Of a stretch of 64,000 nt of DNA, positions 39,625 through 54,912 are shown one piece after another. The stretch comes from Anaeramoeba ignava BMAN (taxonomy: Eukaryota; Protista; Anaeramoebae), in NCBI GenBank assembly GCA_028826165.1, contig JAPDFW010000123.1, positions 100,776 to 164,775 on the forward strand, written 5' to 3'. The translations under genes and the position numbers were made by a program. Position 1 is the stretch's first letter. Each line of letters opens with the position of its first letter. The notes beneath the pieces were generated by a model. It did not search any database, was not told the origin of the DNA, and saw only the letters and a list, made by a program, of their open reading frames with translations.

Positions 39625-39801
39625 TTATTTTTTCTCTTTTTTATTTTGTAAAGAAACAAAAGGAGAAATTGTTTCATTTAATGTTATTTGTGTTTCTATT
39701 GTTAAATCAAGTCTTGAATCAATTTGTTGTAAAAATTCAGTCATTTTCTCAATTCTTTCATTAATATTTTGAAGATTTTTAATAAATAATTTTTTATCCA
39801 T
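39625..39801 (-). CDS. Hypothetical 58-aa helical / coiled-coil protein
   Basis: MDKKLFIKNLQNINERIEKMTEFLQQIDSRLDLTIETQITLNETISPFVSLQNKKEKK*. Composition is coding-like within low-complexity flanks and TCATTTT lies upstream. Confidence 0.5.
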   Translation of the reverse strand: MDKKLFIKNLQNINERIEKMTEFLQQIDSRLDLTIETQITLNETISPFVSLQNKKEKK

Positions 39802-40206
39802 TTTTTTTTAAAAAAAAAGAAAAAGAAAAAATGAAAAATAAATTTAAAAAAAAAATAAATGTAAATTGAATCATTTGATTTAAATCATTTACATAAAATT
39901 TTTTTAAATCGGAAAAAAAAAAAAAAGAAAGTAAATTAAATTTTGATTTGTAATTTTCTTTTTTTTTGAAAATTTTTCCCAAATGGAATAAAAAAAATAA
40001 TTGATTCAAAAAAAAAATTCAAAAAAAAAGAAAGAAAATTAAAAAGAAAATAATTTTTTCAACCAATCCATCAAATATGTTTTCTTTGTTAAAAAAGTTT
40101 CTTAGATAAATTTTGAAAAAAATAGAAGAATAAGAATGAAAGAAATTGTTTTGTTTTGTTTTGTTTTGTTTTGTTTTGTTTTGTTTTGTTTTGTTTTGTT
40201 TTGGAT

Positions 40207-43200
40207 TTAATTATCACTTCGACTATAAGAACGAGCTTTACGTAGAGAATTTAACCAACTGGATATTTGAGTTTGGTCAGTAGAGAAAGCGTTTTGGAAT
40301 TTATTTCTTCCTTTAAAAACCAAGAAAACGTGTTTTTTCTTATATAGACTTGGTTCAGCTTGTGAAATTTTGGTATTACTATCAATAACAATTTTCACAA
40401 GAGGTTTATCTTGAGGAGAAGATGGCTCTTTCTTGAAAACTGCAAGAACATCGAATTTCAAAACAACAAAACGCTTTTTAAATTTTTTGTTTGATTGAGA
40501 ATATTGAACCCAACCTTCTTTTGCAGAAGGACTAAACCATATTTTTTTCCAATCGTGTTTTTCATCTGGTTTGAAAATATTACTTGGGGAAGATTTTTTT
40601 GGTTGGTCTTGTGTAAGTTGATTTGTTGGCTGTGTTTCGATATTGGGTTGTTCAACGGGTTGTTTAGGATCTTCTTGTTTTTGTTCTTGAATAATTTTTT
40701 GGGAGGAATTTTGCTTTGTTAACTTCTGTAATTTTGGAGAAGCGATTTTTTTGACTTCTTCCTTTTTATGAGTATTTGTGTTCATTTTTTGAGCTTGATT
40801 TGAGAGGTTAGGAACTTGAATTGGAATTTTTGTGATGGAATTGGTTTGAGATTATTTGTAGTAGTATCAGTATTATTCGAATTATTATTATTATTAAGAG
40901 TATTATTATTATCGTTGCCAATAATGTTATGAGTATTGATATTGTTGTCGATATTGACTCCTTGATTTGTTTCGATAGTGGTTTCTTTTGTTGTTTGTGA
41001 GTCATCATATTGAATGATATTTTCCATTGAATTTTCCTTTGCTATTGATGGAGTTAATGACAAATTATTCTCGTTTTTATACTCTTCGACTCCAATTTGA
41101 AGAGGTTGAATTGTCTTGTTGAAAACAAATAAATCATGTGAGAATTCTTTGAGTTGTTTATCAAGATCAGCAACTCGTTTGATTGATGTTTCAGTAACAA
41201 ATTGTGTATTTGAGTTGACAAATCCTTGAAGAAAATCGTGAATTTTGTTAATAAAATCATCTGGAAGGAAAGGCGTTTCAGAAATTGGCTTGAGAGCAAA
41301 TGCGGCTAAATGTGGTTCAACTGGCTGATCTTCGTTTGGCGGTTGAAGACGTAATCTTGGGATTGTTAGTTTTTTGGCATCAATATTATCGATATTCTTG
41401 AGATTTAATGAAAGGAAGAGATGAATATTTTTGTTATTAAATTACAATTAGATTCTTTCCACGTTTGTTTTTTTTTGTTTAAATATAAAATATAAAATAT
41501 AAATTTTTACAGTTATATCATTTATAAATTGCGAACGTTCTGCAAAACTATTAATGATATCATCATTAATAACTTGCATGTGTCCTCTATTTGAACTAAA
41601 GGTGATGCCATTTGACAAAGCTTGGATAATTGTTGATAATAAAAGAAGACCTCTTCTTGCTTTTTCAGTGAGATTAACTAATGATTCAAAATTATGAATT
41701 TTTATTTTGGATTATTTTGAATTATTTTGGATTGTGAAAAATTACCATCAATAATATGAAATCTATCAGGAGATACCATAATAGGACAAATAACTCTAAG
41801 AAAAATAAATCCACCAACAGCAGAAGAAATGTTATCAGGAAAACGACACATAATTTCGTTTTTCAAAGTAGAAGAAATAACCCGAAAGCCATCGGGAATA
41901 TAAGAAGGGGAATCCCAAAAGGATCGCAAAAACTTATGGAAATAAGTCTTAACACTTGAAATATTCTGGTTGACATCATCGCCATCATCGAGTTTATAGG
42001 GATCCATTTCAAAAGACAATCCACTTGAATTGAGTTCCAAAGTGACATTTGCCAGAACTTTTTTGATATATTCATGACCATAAATCATTGCGTATTTTGT
42101 CATTAATTTAGTTGAAATATCATTTGAGCGAAAGAGTGATCCTGGATTGATTGTTCTTGTAACTTCATGTCCAATTGCGAATTTTATAAAGTTCAATATT
42201 TCTCCAATTTGCTCTACAAAAATCCCAATTGTCTGTCCTAAATGATCTACTGATTCTCGGCAATTGTTGGGATCAATTGCTGCTGTAAAATATTCGATCA
42301 TTTCTTCGCTTAAAACATGTCCTAAATATTCCTTTCCTTTTTCTATTGATTGTTGAAATTCTGCTGTGTCTTTTATTTTGCCTTCAAGCGATTCTTTTAT
42401 TAACCTTAATGATTGTTCTGATAAAATAAAATCTATAATTGATTTGATTGTTTCTCCAACTGCTTTCTTTTTCGTATCAGCAACTAAAGATTTTACAAGC
42501 TAGAAATGATATGATTGTTCAATATTTTTTTTAAATTTTAAATTTTAAATTATGAATTTTGAATATTCAATATTTTTGTTGTTTTACATGAACTTTTCTT
42601 GTCAATCCAAGTTTGAAAAAAAGCTTTGTTAATGTTTCAGAAAATTCTTCAAAATCAACATAACAAGATAGAAATCTATCAATTGTTTGATGAATTCCTG
42701 ATTTTAAGACTTGAATTTTTGGATCTAAATTGGATTTAAATAAAAATATTTGTTTTGTTTTTGTTTTTTTTTTGTAAATTATCAAATGGAATAATAGTCA
42801 AAATTAACCTGTTTTTTCACAATCTCCTAATTTTTCATCTGAAAGTATTTGGAATATTTTATTTGAAATTTCTTCACGAATTAATAATGAGAATAAATAA
42901 TAGAAAAATAACGATTCAATAGAAAAGAATTCATCAGATGTTTCTGATTTTAAAATGTGGTTATTGAGTAATAAATCCTTAATTTTTGTTAAACAATCTA
43001 AAACACTAACTGATGTATTTGACATTTGAAGAATAGTTGATTGAATTTGTAATGTCAATGATTGTGAGAGATTTCCAAGATTATAGGACATCAAAATATA
43101 GATTATAGCATTAAATAGAATTAATTCTGGATCTCTACAAAGAAAGCTCTGTTTTGATTTTAATATAAATTTTAATATAAATTTTAAAATAAATTTTAAA

Positions 43201-46200
43201 ATAAATTTTAATATAAATTTTAATATAAATTTTAATATAAATTTTGAAATAATTTTAATATAAATTTTATTAAAAATTTTAATATAAATTTTAATATAAA
43301 TTTTAATATAAATTTTAAAATAAATTTTAATATAAATTTTGAAATAAATTTTAATATAAATTTTAAATATAAATTTTAATATAAATTTTAATATAAATTT
43401 TAATATAAATTTTAATATAAATTTTAAAATAAATTTTAATATAAATTTTAAAATAAATTTTAATATAAATTTTAAAATAAATTTTAATATAAATTTTAAA
43501 ATAAATTTTAATATAAATTTTAATATAAATTTTAATATAAATTTTAATATAAATTTTAATATAAATTTTAATATAAATTTTAAAATAAATTTTAATATAA
43601 ATTTTAATATAAATTTTAATATAAATTTTAATATAAATTTTAATATAAATTTTAATATAAAATAAATTTTAAAATAAATTTTAATATAAATTTTAATATA
43701 AATTTTAATATAAATTTTAAAATAAATTTTAATATAAATTTTAATATAAATTTTAATATAAATTTTAATATAAATTTTGAAATAAATTTTAAAATAAATT
43801 TTAATAAATTTTAATATAAATTTTAATATAAATTTTAAAATAAATTTTAATATAAATTTTAATATAAATTTTAATATAAATTTTAAAATAAATTTTAATA
43901 TAAATTTTAATAAATTTTAAAATAAAATTTTAATATAAATTTTTAATATAATTTAAATAAATTTTTAATTAAATTTTAAAAAAATTTAATATAAATTTTA
44001 ATATAAATTTTAATATAAATTTTAATATAAATTTTAATATAAATTTTAATATAAATTTTAATATAAATTTTAAAATAAATTTTAATATAAATTTTAATAT
44101 AAATTTTAATATAAATTTTAATATAAATTTTAAAATAAATTTTAAAATATAAATTTTAATATAAATTTTAATATAAATTTTAATATAAATTTTAATATAA
44201 ATTTTAATATAAATTTTAATATAAATTTTGAAATAAATTTTAATATAAATTTTACTGGATTTTTTGTATTTATTGTATGAATCTGTTTAGATGTATTAAG
44301 TAACTCTTTTAATTTTTGATCAGGAGCTGGATAAATTTCAGAAGAAAGAGCTAAAATATTAATAATAATATTTTTCATTTGAAAATAACGGAAAATGATG
44401 TCTTCGGAAAGATTAGCAAATGTAATTAAAGAAAGATTATCGACTTGATTGATATTTGAATCTTTTCTCTTCTTTTTCTTTATAACTTCTTCTACATTCG
44501 TAAAATGTTGGACATGAGTATTAATTCTTTCATTTCCTTGTTGAATCGCAAGATCAATTTTATGATTGGATCTTCTTTGTTCGTCGATTATTTGTCTGAT
44601 TTGAGGTGTGATTTCAACATCTAAAGGTGAAACATGAACAGGTTTTTCCAATTCTTTCATTTTTCTTTCCGTTTCAAAATCAATTATTTTGTTTTCTTGA
44701 GAATCTTCTTCCAATTTATCCTCCAAATTTTCTTGCATTTTTGGATTTTGATTTGTTTGTGAATCATTCATTTCATTTGATTTTTCTTCATTCAATGAAT
44801 GATCTTCATTTTTGGCAAATTTGCTGGTGAATTTATGTGAAAAACCTCGAGATAATAGTGGTTTTTGAAGAAAAGCTGGTTTTTTGTGAGCATTTAAGTT
44901 CAAACTTGTATTCAAGCGTTTAAAAGTGTTTGTTTTTTCTTCGACTTCTTGTTCTTCTGAGTTGTTGTTGTTATTTTTGGATGAAATATCGGAATATTTT
45001 GAATTTGATGATTTGAATCTTTGTGATGTTGTAAATGATGGTATCGATGTTGTTTTGGATATTTGGCTTTTGATTGGTAAATGAGCACTTGTTTGCACTT
45101 TTTTTAATACTCCTTGATCACTTTGTTCTGTTGTTGTTTTTGTTGGTGATAATCCAGATCTTCTTGATTGTAGTCTTTTTATTACATCATCTAATCCACT
45201 TGGAAGTTCACTATTTAAATCAATACTTGTTGATTGATATTGCTTTTGATTTTTAATTTCAAGATGAATTTTAATTTATAAATGAATTTTAATTTTAAAA
45301 TAAATTTTAATTTCAAAATGAATTTTAATTTCAAAATAAATTTCAATTTCAAGATAAATTTCAATTTTAAAATAAATTTCAATTTCAAAATAAATTTTAA
45401 TTTTAATTTTAAAAATGAATTTTAATTTCAAAATAAATTTCAAAATGAATTTTAATTTTAAAATAATTTTAATTTTAAAATAAATTTCAATTTTAAAATA
45501 ATTTTAAAATAATTTTTTAATTTCAAAATAAATTTCAAAATGAATTTTAATTTTAAAAATACAGAAGGAACTGAGGTTGATTTGGTAACTTTGTATTGAT
45601 TCTCCATATTTGGTTTTGTTAATCTTTCTGATAAAGTCTCATAAGAAGTTTTTGTACGAAGATTAGGCTTCCAAGTAACTAAACCAGCAAGAAATTTGAT
45701 AATTTCAGTTGAATTTCCCTTTTAATAAAATTTTTATTTTTAATTCAAAATAAATTTCTAATTTAAAAAATGTCATTTTAAATCATTTAAATTTTACTTC
45801 AATAATATAAGTAGGATCTATTTTATATCCTTTATAAGTGGTTTTTTGAACTAAAGTCATTAATTTTTTTGCTCGAGATTCGAAATCAGGTTCTAAATAA
45901 ACATCATAAAAATCATTTCTTGGAGATAATTCACCTAAAATATTTGTTAAAACAACAGAATCCTTTTTTTTTTTTTTAAAAAATAACAAAAATTAAAATA
46001 ATAAAAATAAGCAAAAAAAAAAATTTCATTAAAAAATTAAAAAAAGTTTTAAAAAAAATGTTTTAAATTGATATTCTACAGTAAAATCATTTGAAAAATT
46101 TGAAACTGAAACTGATTGACCTGATTTTTTTAATTGAAAATTAACCCATCTTTTTAATAATTCAAGTGGTTCAATTTTTCTTATAATTTCAGTTGGTGAT

Positions 46201-46280
46201 TCTTTCAGAATTCTTGCTTCTGGTTTTGATGCTAAAGTTGCTATTGCTTGTAAAGCTATTTGTGGAATTGGTTCATCCAT
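40207..46280 (-). CDS. Calponin-homology + RasGAP + PH domain protein
   Basis: CH domain [12 protein letters not shown]...NFSNDFT|DSVVL; RasGAP LFRSND (arginine finger) and [16 protein letters not shown]; C-terminal PH KEGWVQY...KKRFVVL...WLNSL. Multiple introns; apparent indels near 41445 and 40828. Confidence 0.85.
43160..44250. repeat. Intronic 12-bp repeat (ATATAAATTTTA)n
   Basis: Fills a GT-AG intron of the RasGAP gene. Confidence 0.9.
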
Positions 46281-47095
46281 TGTTTATTTTTGATTTTTTG
46301 AATAAAAAGAAAAAAAGAAAAAAAGAAAAATCAAAAAAGAAAAATAAAAAAGAAAAAAAATGAAAAAAAAAAAAAAAACTTTTTTTTCAGTTATTTTTTA
46401 ATTTAAAAAAAAATCTAAAATGATTGAAATAAATAAATAAAATTTAATTTTAAAAACAAATCTAACAAATTTTAAATTAAAATTTAATTTAAAAATAAAA
46501 AGGAGAATTGTTTTATTTGATATTTAGAATTTTCAACTAACAAAAAAAAAATAAAAACAAAAAAGAAAATTCAATCCAAAACAATTCAATTCTAAATCAA
46601 AACAAAAAAAAAAACAGAAAAAAAATTAACAAATTTTGATTATAATTTTGATTATAATTTTGATTATTATTTTTGATGATTAATTTTGATTAATTTTTTG
46701 ATTATAATTTTGATTAATTTTTTGATTATAATTTTGATTATAATTTTTGATTATTATTTTGATTAAATTTTTGATTATTATTTTTGATTATTTTTGATTA
46801 TTATTTTTGATTATTATTTTGATTATTATTTTAATTATTATTTTGATTAAATTTTTGATTATTATTTTGATTATTATTTTGATTATTATTTTTGATTATA
46901 ATTTTTGATTATTATTTTTGATTATTATTTTAATTATTTTGATTATTATTTTTTGATTATTATTTTGATTATTATTTTTGATTATTATTTTTGATTATAA
47001 TTTTGATTAATTTTTGATTATAATTTTGATTAATTTTTGATTATTATTTTTGATTATAATTTTGATTATAATTTTGTAGAAATTTAACTTCGTTA

Positions 47096-50000
47096 TCAAT
47101 TATTTGAATAATTTTTATCTAATAAAATTCCATCAGAACGGAATTGGAAATTAACTTTTTTGTTATTTTGAGAATTATTTGAATTTGAATTTGAATTTGA
47201 AAGAAACGAATCTGATTCAATTTTAGTAATTTTAAATTTTCTTGGTTTTTGATTTTGTGATTGATTTTGTGATTGATTTTGTGAATGATTTTGTAATTGA
47301 TTTTGTAATTGATTTTGTGATTGATTTTGTAATTGATTTTGTGATTGATTTGAATTATTTGGATCATTTAAGTGATTCAAATGATTATTTGATTTAGATT
47401 TAGTCATTTTTGAATTATTTGAATTATTTGAATGATTTGAATTATTTGAATTATTTGAATTATTTGAATTATTTGAATTATTTGAATGATTTGAATTATT
47501 TGAATTATTTGAATTATTTGAATGATTTGAATGATTTGAATGATTTGAATGATTTGAATGATTTGAATGATTCGGTTGATTTGATTTCAATTTATGAAGT
47601 TTTGAATGATTTTTTGATTTTTTTATATCTTGATTTGATTTGGATTTTTGTATCCGAAACCTACTGCTTTCTTTTTGAGTTTGTGTAGATTTTGAAAAAT
47701 TATTATTTTCAATTTCTTGTTCTGTTTTTTGATTAGAATCATGATGATGTTTTGAAGATGAAGTTTCTTGAATAAATTTTTCTAAATCATCAATTTGAAA
47801 AGAATTTTTTTCGTCTTGATATTGAATATTTGCTTTTTTGGCTACTTGTCTAATCTTTTTTTCATGTAGAATTTTTGCTCTTTCAGATAAAGAAGTTAAA
47901 TTATTCAAAAAATGTTTAACAATATAATTTGAATTTTTGGAAAGTTTAAAAAATTTATGTTGTAAAAGTTTCTTTGCTGTTGGTCTTTGACTTGGATCCT
48001 TTTGTAAACAAGATTCAACTAAATTTTGAAAAGGTTTGGAAAATTTTTCAGAAAGAGTTGGTGGTGGATTTTGAACAATAGAAAGTAAAACCTGAAACAA
48101 TATCATTTTAAATTTAAATTTGATTTTAATTTTGAATTTAATTTTTAATTTTAATTTTGATTTTGATTTTAATTTTAATTTTAATTTGATTTGAATTTTT
48201 TTAATTTTAATTTTAATTTTAATTTTAATTTTAATTTTAATTTTAATTTTAATTTTAATTTTAATTTTAATTTTGATTTGAATTTGAATTTAATTTTGAT
48301 TTTGATTTTGATTTTAATTTTAATTTTGATTTTGATTTTGATTTTGATTTTGATTTTGATTTTGATTTTGATTTTAATTTTGAATTTGATTTTAATTTTA
48401 ATTTTAATTTTTAATTTTAATTTGAAAACAACCTTCATCATTGGATAATTTGAAAAAGGAGGTTTTCCATTAGCAAGTTCTAAGGCAGTAATTCCAAAAG
48501 ACCAAATATCAGCTTTTTCATTATAACCTTGTTTATATTTTAAACCAATAATAACTTCTGGACACATCCAACAAGGAGTACCAACAAAAGTATTTCTATC
48601 ATTTTTTAATTTACCTTCTTCAAATAAAGTTGCAGTTACTCCAAAATCTGCTAATTTAATTTCTCCTTGAGAATTGATTAGTACGTTTCCTGCTTTAATA
48701 TCTCGATGTATTTGTTTGTTTTCATGAAGATACTCAATTCCCTTCAATACTTCGCGAAGAATAGTAGCAATTATTTTTTCATCAATAATTCCTTGTGGAA
48801 ATGAATATCGAAGAATACCTGAACAACTTCCTTTGATTTTAAATTTAATTTTGATTTTAATTTTGATTTTAATTTTAATTTTAATTTTAATTTTAATTTT
48901 GATTTTAATTTTGATTTTGATTTTGATTTTGATTTTTAATTTTAATTTTAATTTTAATTTTAATTTTGAATTTTTAATTTTAATTTTAATTTTAATTTTA
49001 ATTTTGATTTTAATTTTAATTTTGATTTTAATTTTAATTTTGATTTTAATTTTAATTTTAATTTTAATTTTGATTTTAATTTTGAATTTTGATTTTGATT
49101 TTGATTTTAATTTTAATTTAGATTTTAATTTTAATTTTGATTTTGATTTTAATTTTAATTTTAATTTTGATTTTGGTTTTGATTTTGATTTTGATTTTAA
49201 TTTTAATTTTAAATTTAATTTTGATTTTGATTTTGATTTAAATTTTGATTTTGATTTTAATTTTAATTTTGATTTTAATTTTAATTTTAATTTTAATTTT
49301 AATTTTAATTTTGATTTTAATTTAAAATTTGATTTTAATTTTGATTTTGATTTAGATTTTGATTTTGATTTTGATTTTAATTTTGATTTTAATTTTAATT
49401 TTGATTTTTAAATTTGAATTTGTTTTTAAATTTAAATTTGATTTTAATTTAGAAATTTAATTTTAATTTTAATTTTGATTTTGATTTTGATTTTGATTTT
49501 GATTTTAATTTTAATTTTGAATTGAATTTAGAAATTTAATGTCGATTTGGATTGAATTTTAATTGTAATTTTAATTTAGATTGTAAATTTGATCAATAAC
49601 CAAATTTCGAAAAAAATAAATAGAATAAGAAATGAGTTGTATTTTAAAATTTGAATAAAAATAAATAAGAAAAAAAAATAAAATGAATCAGATCATAATA
49701 GATTAAAATGAAAAGAAATAAATTGAGTTGAATTAAGGAAAAAAATAAAATTACCAGCAGCAAGATATTCCATAACAAGCCAAATAGCGGTTTCATGAAC
49801 AAAAGAACAATAAAAAGCAACTAAATTTTTATGATTAGAAAGTTTCCATTGTTGGATCTCTTTATATAAATTTTCAAGAACAATTGGAATATTTTCTAAA
49901 TCAATAATTTTAATGGCAACAATTTCGTCAAAAGGAATACAAAGGGCTTTCCATACCTAAAGTAAATAATTGAAGAAAAATTAAATAAAAAAAATATTGA

Positions 50001-50137
50001 AAGAAAAGATTTGAAATGAATTTAATAAAAAAAATATCAAAATAAAAAGTACTTACAATGGCTGTAGATCCAAATCCTATTTTTTCAATTAGTTTATAAG
50101 ATGCTGAACTCGTTGGATATTTTTTTTGTGTTTCCAT
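47096..50137 (-). CDS. STE20-family kinase, OSR1/SPAK/Fray-like
   Basis: IGFGSTAIV|[69 protein letters not shown]; N/S/Q-rich tail. The C-terminus is uncertain and may extend into the 46630-47075 repeat. Confidence 0.9.
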
Positions 50138-50357
50138 TTAATTTATAAAATAAAAAAACAAAAGCAAATAATTGATTATTTTGATTATTTTAAGTATTAT
50201 TTTATATTAAATTTAAAATTGAAAAAAAAGAAAAAATAGAAAAAATAAAATTAAAAAAAATAATTTTATTAAAAGATTGGAAAACAAAAAAAAAATGACA
50301 AAATAAAGAAAAACTGACGAATTTTTTGTTTGAAAGTTTTTTTCAATTTTTCACTTT

Positions 50358-53300
50358 AAAATTAATATAAAATTGATTTAAAATTGATTTAAAATTGATA
50401 TAAAATTGATATAAAATTGATTTAAAATTGATTTAAAATTAATATAAAATTGATATAAAATTGATTTAAAATTAATTTAAAATTGATTTAAAATTGATTT
50501 AAAATTGATATAAAATTAATATAAAATTAATTTAAAATTGATATAAAATTGATTTAAAATTAATTTAAAATTGATATAAAATTGATTTAAAATTAATATA
50601 AAATTGATATAAAATTGATATAAAATTGATTTAAAATTGATTTAAAATTGATTTAAAATTAATTTAAAATTGATATAAAATTAATTTAAAATTGATATAA
50701 AATTGATTTAAAATTGATATAAAATTAATATAAAATTGATATGAAATTGATTTAAAATTGATTTAAAATTGATATAAAATTGATATAAAAATTGATATAA
50801 AATTGATTTAAAATTGATATAAAATTAATATAAAATTGATATAAAATTGATTTAAAATTAATTTAAAATTAATATAAAATTGATTTAAAATTAATATAAA
50901 ATTAATATAAAATTGATTTAAAATTGATTTAAAATTAATATAAAATTGATATAAAATTAATTTAAAATTGATATAAAATTAATATAAAATTGATTTAAAA
51001 TTGATATAAAATTGATATAAAATTGATATAAAATTGATTTAAAATTGATATAAATTTGATATAAAATTGATATAAAATTGATTTAAAATTGATTTAAAAT
51101 TGATTTAAAATTGATATAAAATTGATATAAAATTAATTTAAAATTGATATAAAATTGATATAAAATTGATATAAAATTGATTTAAAATTGATTTAAAATT
51201 GATATAAAATTGATTTAAAATTAATATAAAATTGATATAAAATTAATATAAAATTGATTTAAAATTGATTTAAAATTGATTTAAAATTGATTTAAAATTA
51301 ATATAAAATTGATTTAAAATTGATTTAAAATTAATATAAAATTGATATAAAATTGATTTAAAATTGATTTTAAAATTGATTTAAAATTGATTTAAAATTG
51401 ATTTAAAATTAATTTAAAATTAATATAAAATTGATTTAAAATTAATTTAAAATTGATTTAAAATTGATTTTAAAATTAATATAAAAATTGATTTAAAATT
51501 GATATAAAATTAATATAAAATTGATATAAAAATTAATATAAAATTGATTTAAAATTGATTTAAAATTGATTTAAAATTGATTTAAAATTGATTTAAAATT
51601 GATTTAAAAATTGATTTAAAATTAATTTAAAATTGATATAAAATTGATTTAAAATTGATTTAAAATTAATATAAAATTGATTTAAAAATTGATATAAAAT
51701 TAATATAAAATTGATTTAAAATTGATTTAAAATTGATTTAAAATTGATTTAAAATTAATTTTAAATTAATATAAAATTAATTTAAAAATTGATATAAAAT
51801 TAATTTAAAATTAATATAAAATTGATATAAAATTGATATAAAATTAATTTAAAATTGATTTAAAATTTATTTAAAATTAATATAAAATTGATATAAAAAT
51901 TGATATAAAATTAATATAAAATTGATTTAAAATTGATTTAAAATTGATATAAAATTGATTTAAAATTGATTTAAAATTAATATAAAATTGATATAAAATT
52001 GATTTAAAATTGATTTAAAATTGAAATAAAAATTGATATAAAATTGATTTAAAATTGATATAAAATTAATTTAAAATTGATATAAAATTGATTTAAAATT
52101 AATTTAAAATTGAAATAAAATTGATATAAAATTGATTTAAAATTGATATAAAATAGATTTAAAATTGATATAAAAATTAATATAAAATTAATATAAAATT
52201 GATTTAAAATTAATATAAAATTGATATAAAATTAATATAAAATTGATTTAAAATTGATTTAAAATTGATATAAAATTGATATAAAATTAATTTTAAAATT
52301 AATTTAAAATTAATATAAAATTGATTTAAAATTGATTTAAAATTGATATAAAATTAATTTAAAATTGATATAAAATTGATTTAAAATTGATTTAAAATTA
52401 ATTTAAAATTGATTTAAAATTGATATAAAATTGATTTAAAATTGATATAAAATTGATTTAAAATTAATTTAAAATTAATATAAAATTAATTTAAAATTGA
52501 TTTAAAATTGATATAAAATTGATTTAAAATTAATATAAAAATTGATATAAAATTGATATAAAATTGATTTAAAATTGATTTAAAATTTGATATAAAATTG
52601 ATATAAAATTAATTTAAAATTGATTTAAAATTGATATAAAATTGATATAAAATTGATATAAAATTAATTTAAAATTGATATAAAATTGATTTAAAATTGA
52701 TTTAAAATTGATTTAAAATTAATATAAAATTGATATAAAATTGATATAAAATTAATATAAAAATTGATATAAAAATTGATTTAAAATTGATTTAAAATTG
52801 ATATAAAATTGATTTAAAATTGATATAAAATTGATTTAAAATTGATATAAAATTGATATAAAATTGATATAAAATTGATTTAAAATTGATTTAAAATTGA
52901 TTTAAAATTGATATAAAATTGATTTAAAATTAATATAAAATTGATATAAAATTGATATAAAATTGATTTAAAATTGATTTAAAATTGATTTAAAATTGAT
53001 TTAAAATTGATATAAAATTGATTTAAAATTAATATAAAATTGATATAAAATTGATATAAAATTGATTTAAAATTGATTTAAAATTAATTTAAAATTGATT
53101 TAAAATTGATTTAAAATTAATATAAAATTAATTTAAAATTGATTTAAAATTATTTAAAATTTTAAAATTGATATAAAATTAATTTAAAATTGATATAAAA
53201 TTGATATAAAATTGATTTAAAATTGATTTAAAATTGATATAAAATTAATTTAAAATTGATATAAAATTGATTTAAAATTAATATAAAATTGATATAAAAT

Positions 53301-54772
53301 TGATTTAAAATTAATATAAAATTGATATAAAATTGATTTAAAATTGATTTAAAATTAATTTAAAATTGATTTAAAATTGATATAAAATTAATATAAAATT
53401 GATTTAAAATTGATTTAAAATTAATTTAAAATTAATATAAAATTAATTTAAAATTGATTTAAAATTGATTTAAAATTGATATAAAATTAATATAAAATTG
53501 ATATAAAATTGATTTAAAATTAATTTAAAATTAATATAAAATTGATATAAAATTGATATAAAATTGATATAAAATTGATATTAAAATTGATTTAAAATTG
53601 ATATAAAATTGATATAAAATTAATTTAAAATTAATTTAAAATTGATATAAAATTGATTTAAAATTGATTTAAAATTAATTTAAAATTAATATAAAATTGA
53701 TTTAAAATTGATTTAAAATTGATTTAAAATTAATTTAAAATAGATTTAAAATTGATATAAAATTGATATAAAATTGATATAAAATTGATATAAGATTGAT
53801 TTAAAATTAATATAAAATTGATATAAAATTGATATAAAATTGATATAAAATTGATATAAAATTAATATAAAATTAATTTAAAATTGATTTAAAATTGATT
53901 TAAAATTAATATAAAATTAATTTAAAATTGATTTAAAATTGATTTAAAATTGATATAAAATTGATATAAAATTAATATAAAATTGATATAAAATTGATTT
54001 AAAATTGATTTAAAATTGATATAAAATTGATTTAAAATTGATTTAAAATTAATATAAAATTGATTTAAAATTGATTTAAAATTGATTTAAAATTAATATA
54101 AAATTGATATAAAATTAATTTAAAATTAATATAAAATTGATTTAAAATTGATTTAAAATTGATTTAAAATTGATATAAAATTGATATAAAATTGATATAA
54201 AATTGATATAAAATTGATATAAAAATTAATTTAAAATTAATATAAAATTGATATAAAATTGATATAAAATTGATATAAAATTGATTTAAAATTGATTTAA
54301 AATTGATTTAAAATTGATTTAAAATTGATATAAAATTGATATAAAATTAATTTAAAATTGATATAAAATTGATTTAAAATTGATATAAAATTGATATAAA
54401 ATTGATTTAAAATTGATTTAAAATTGATTTAAAATTGATTTAAAATTGATATAAAATTGATATAAAATTGATATAAAATTGATTTAAAATTGATATAAAA
54501 TTGATTTAAAATTGATTTAAAATTGATATAAAATTAATATAAAATTGATTTAAAATTGATATAAAATTGATTTAAAATTAATATAAAATTGATATAAAAT
54601 TGATATAAAATTGATTTAAAATTGATTTAAAATTGATTTAAAATTGATATAAAATTAATATAAAATTGATTTAAAATTGATATAAAATTAATATAAATTT
54701 AATATAAATTTAATTTAAAATTGATATAAAATTAATATAAAATTGATATAAAATTAATTTAAAATTGATTTT
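50358..54772. repeat. Intergenic satellite with 11-bp unit AAAATTRATWT, about 400 copies
   Basis: Units AAAATTGATTT, AAAATTGATAT, AAAATTAATAT and AAAATTAATTT are interspersed over 4.4 kb. Confidence 0.95.
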
Positions 54773-54912
54773 AAAAAGAAATGAATTTATTTGTTTTGTG
54801 TTGTTTTGTTAAAAAAAAAGTATCAAGAAGAAGAAAAAGAAAAAGAAGAATTTTTCTTTTTGTTTTTTAAAAGGAAGAAAAAAGAGAAATTTTTTTGGAA
54901 AGGAAGAAAAAA

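Noticed and set aside
50358-54772. CRISPR array or telomeric repeat
   Set aside because: There are no unique spacers, no cas genes and no G-rich strand, and genes flank it on both sides.
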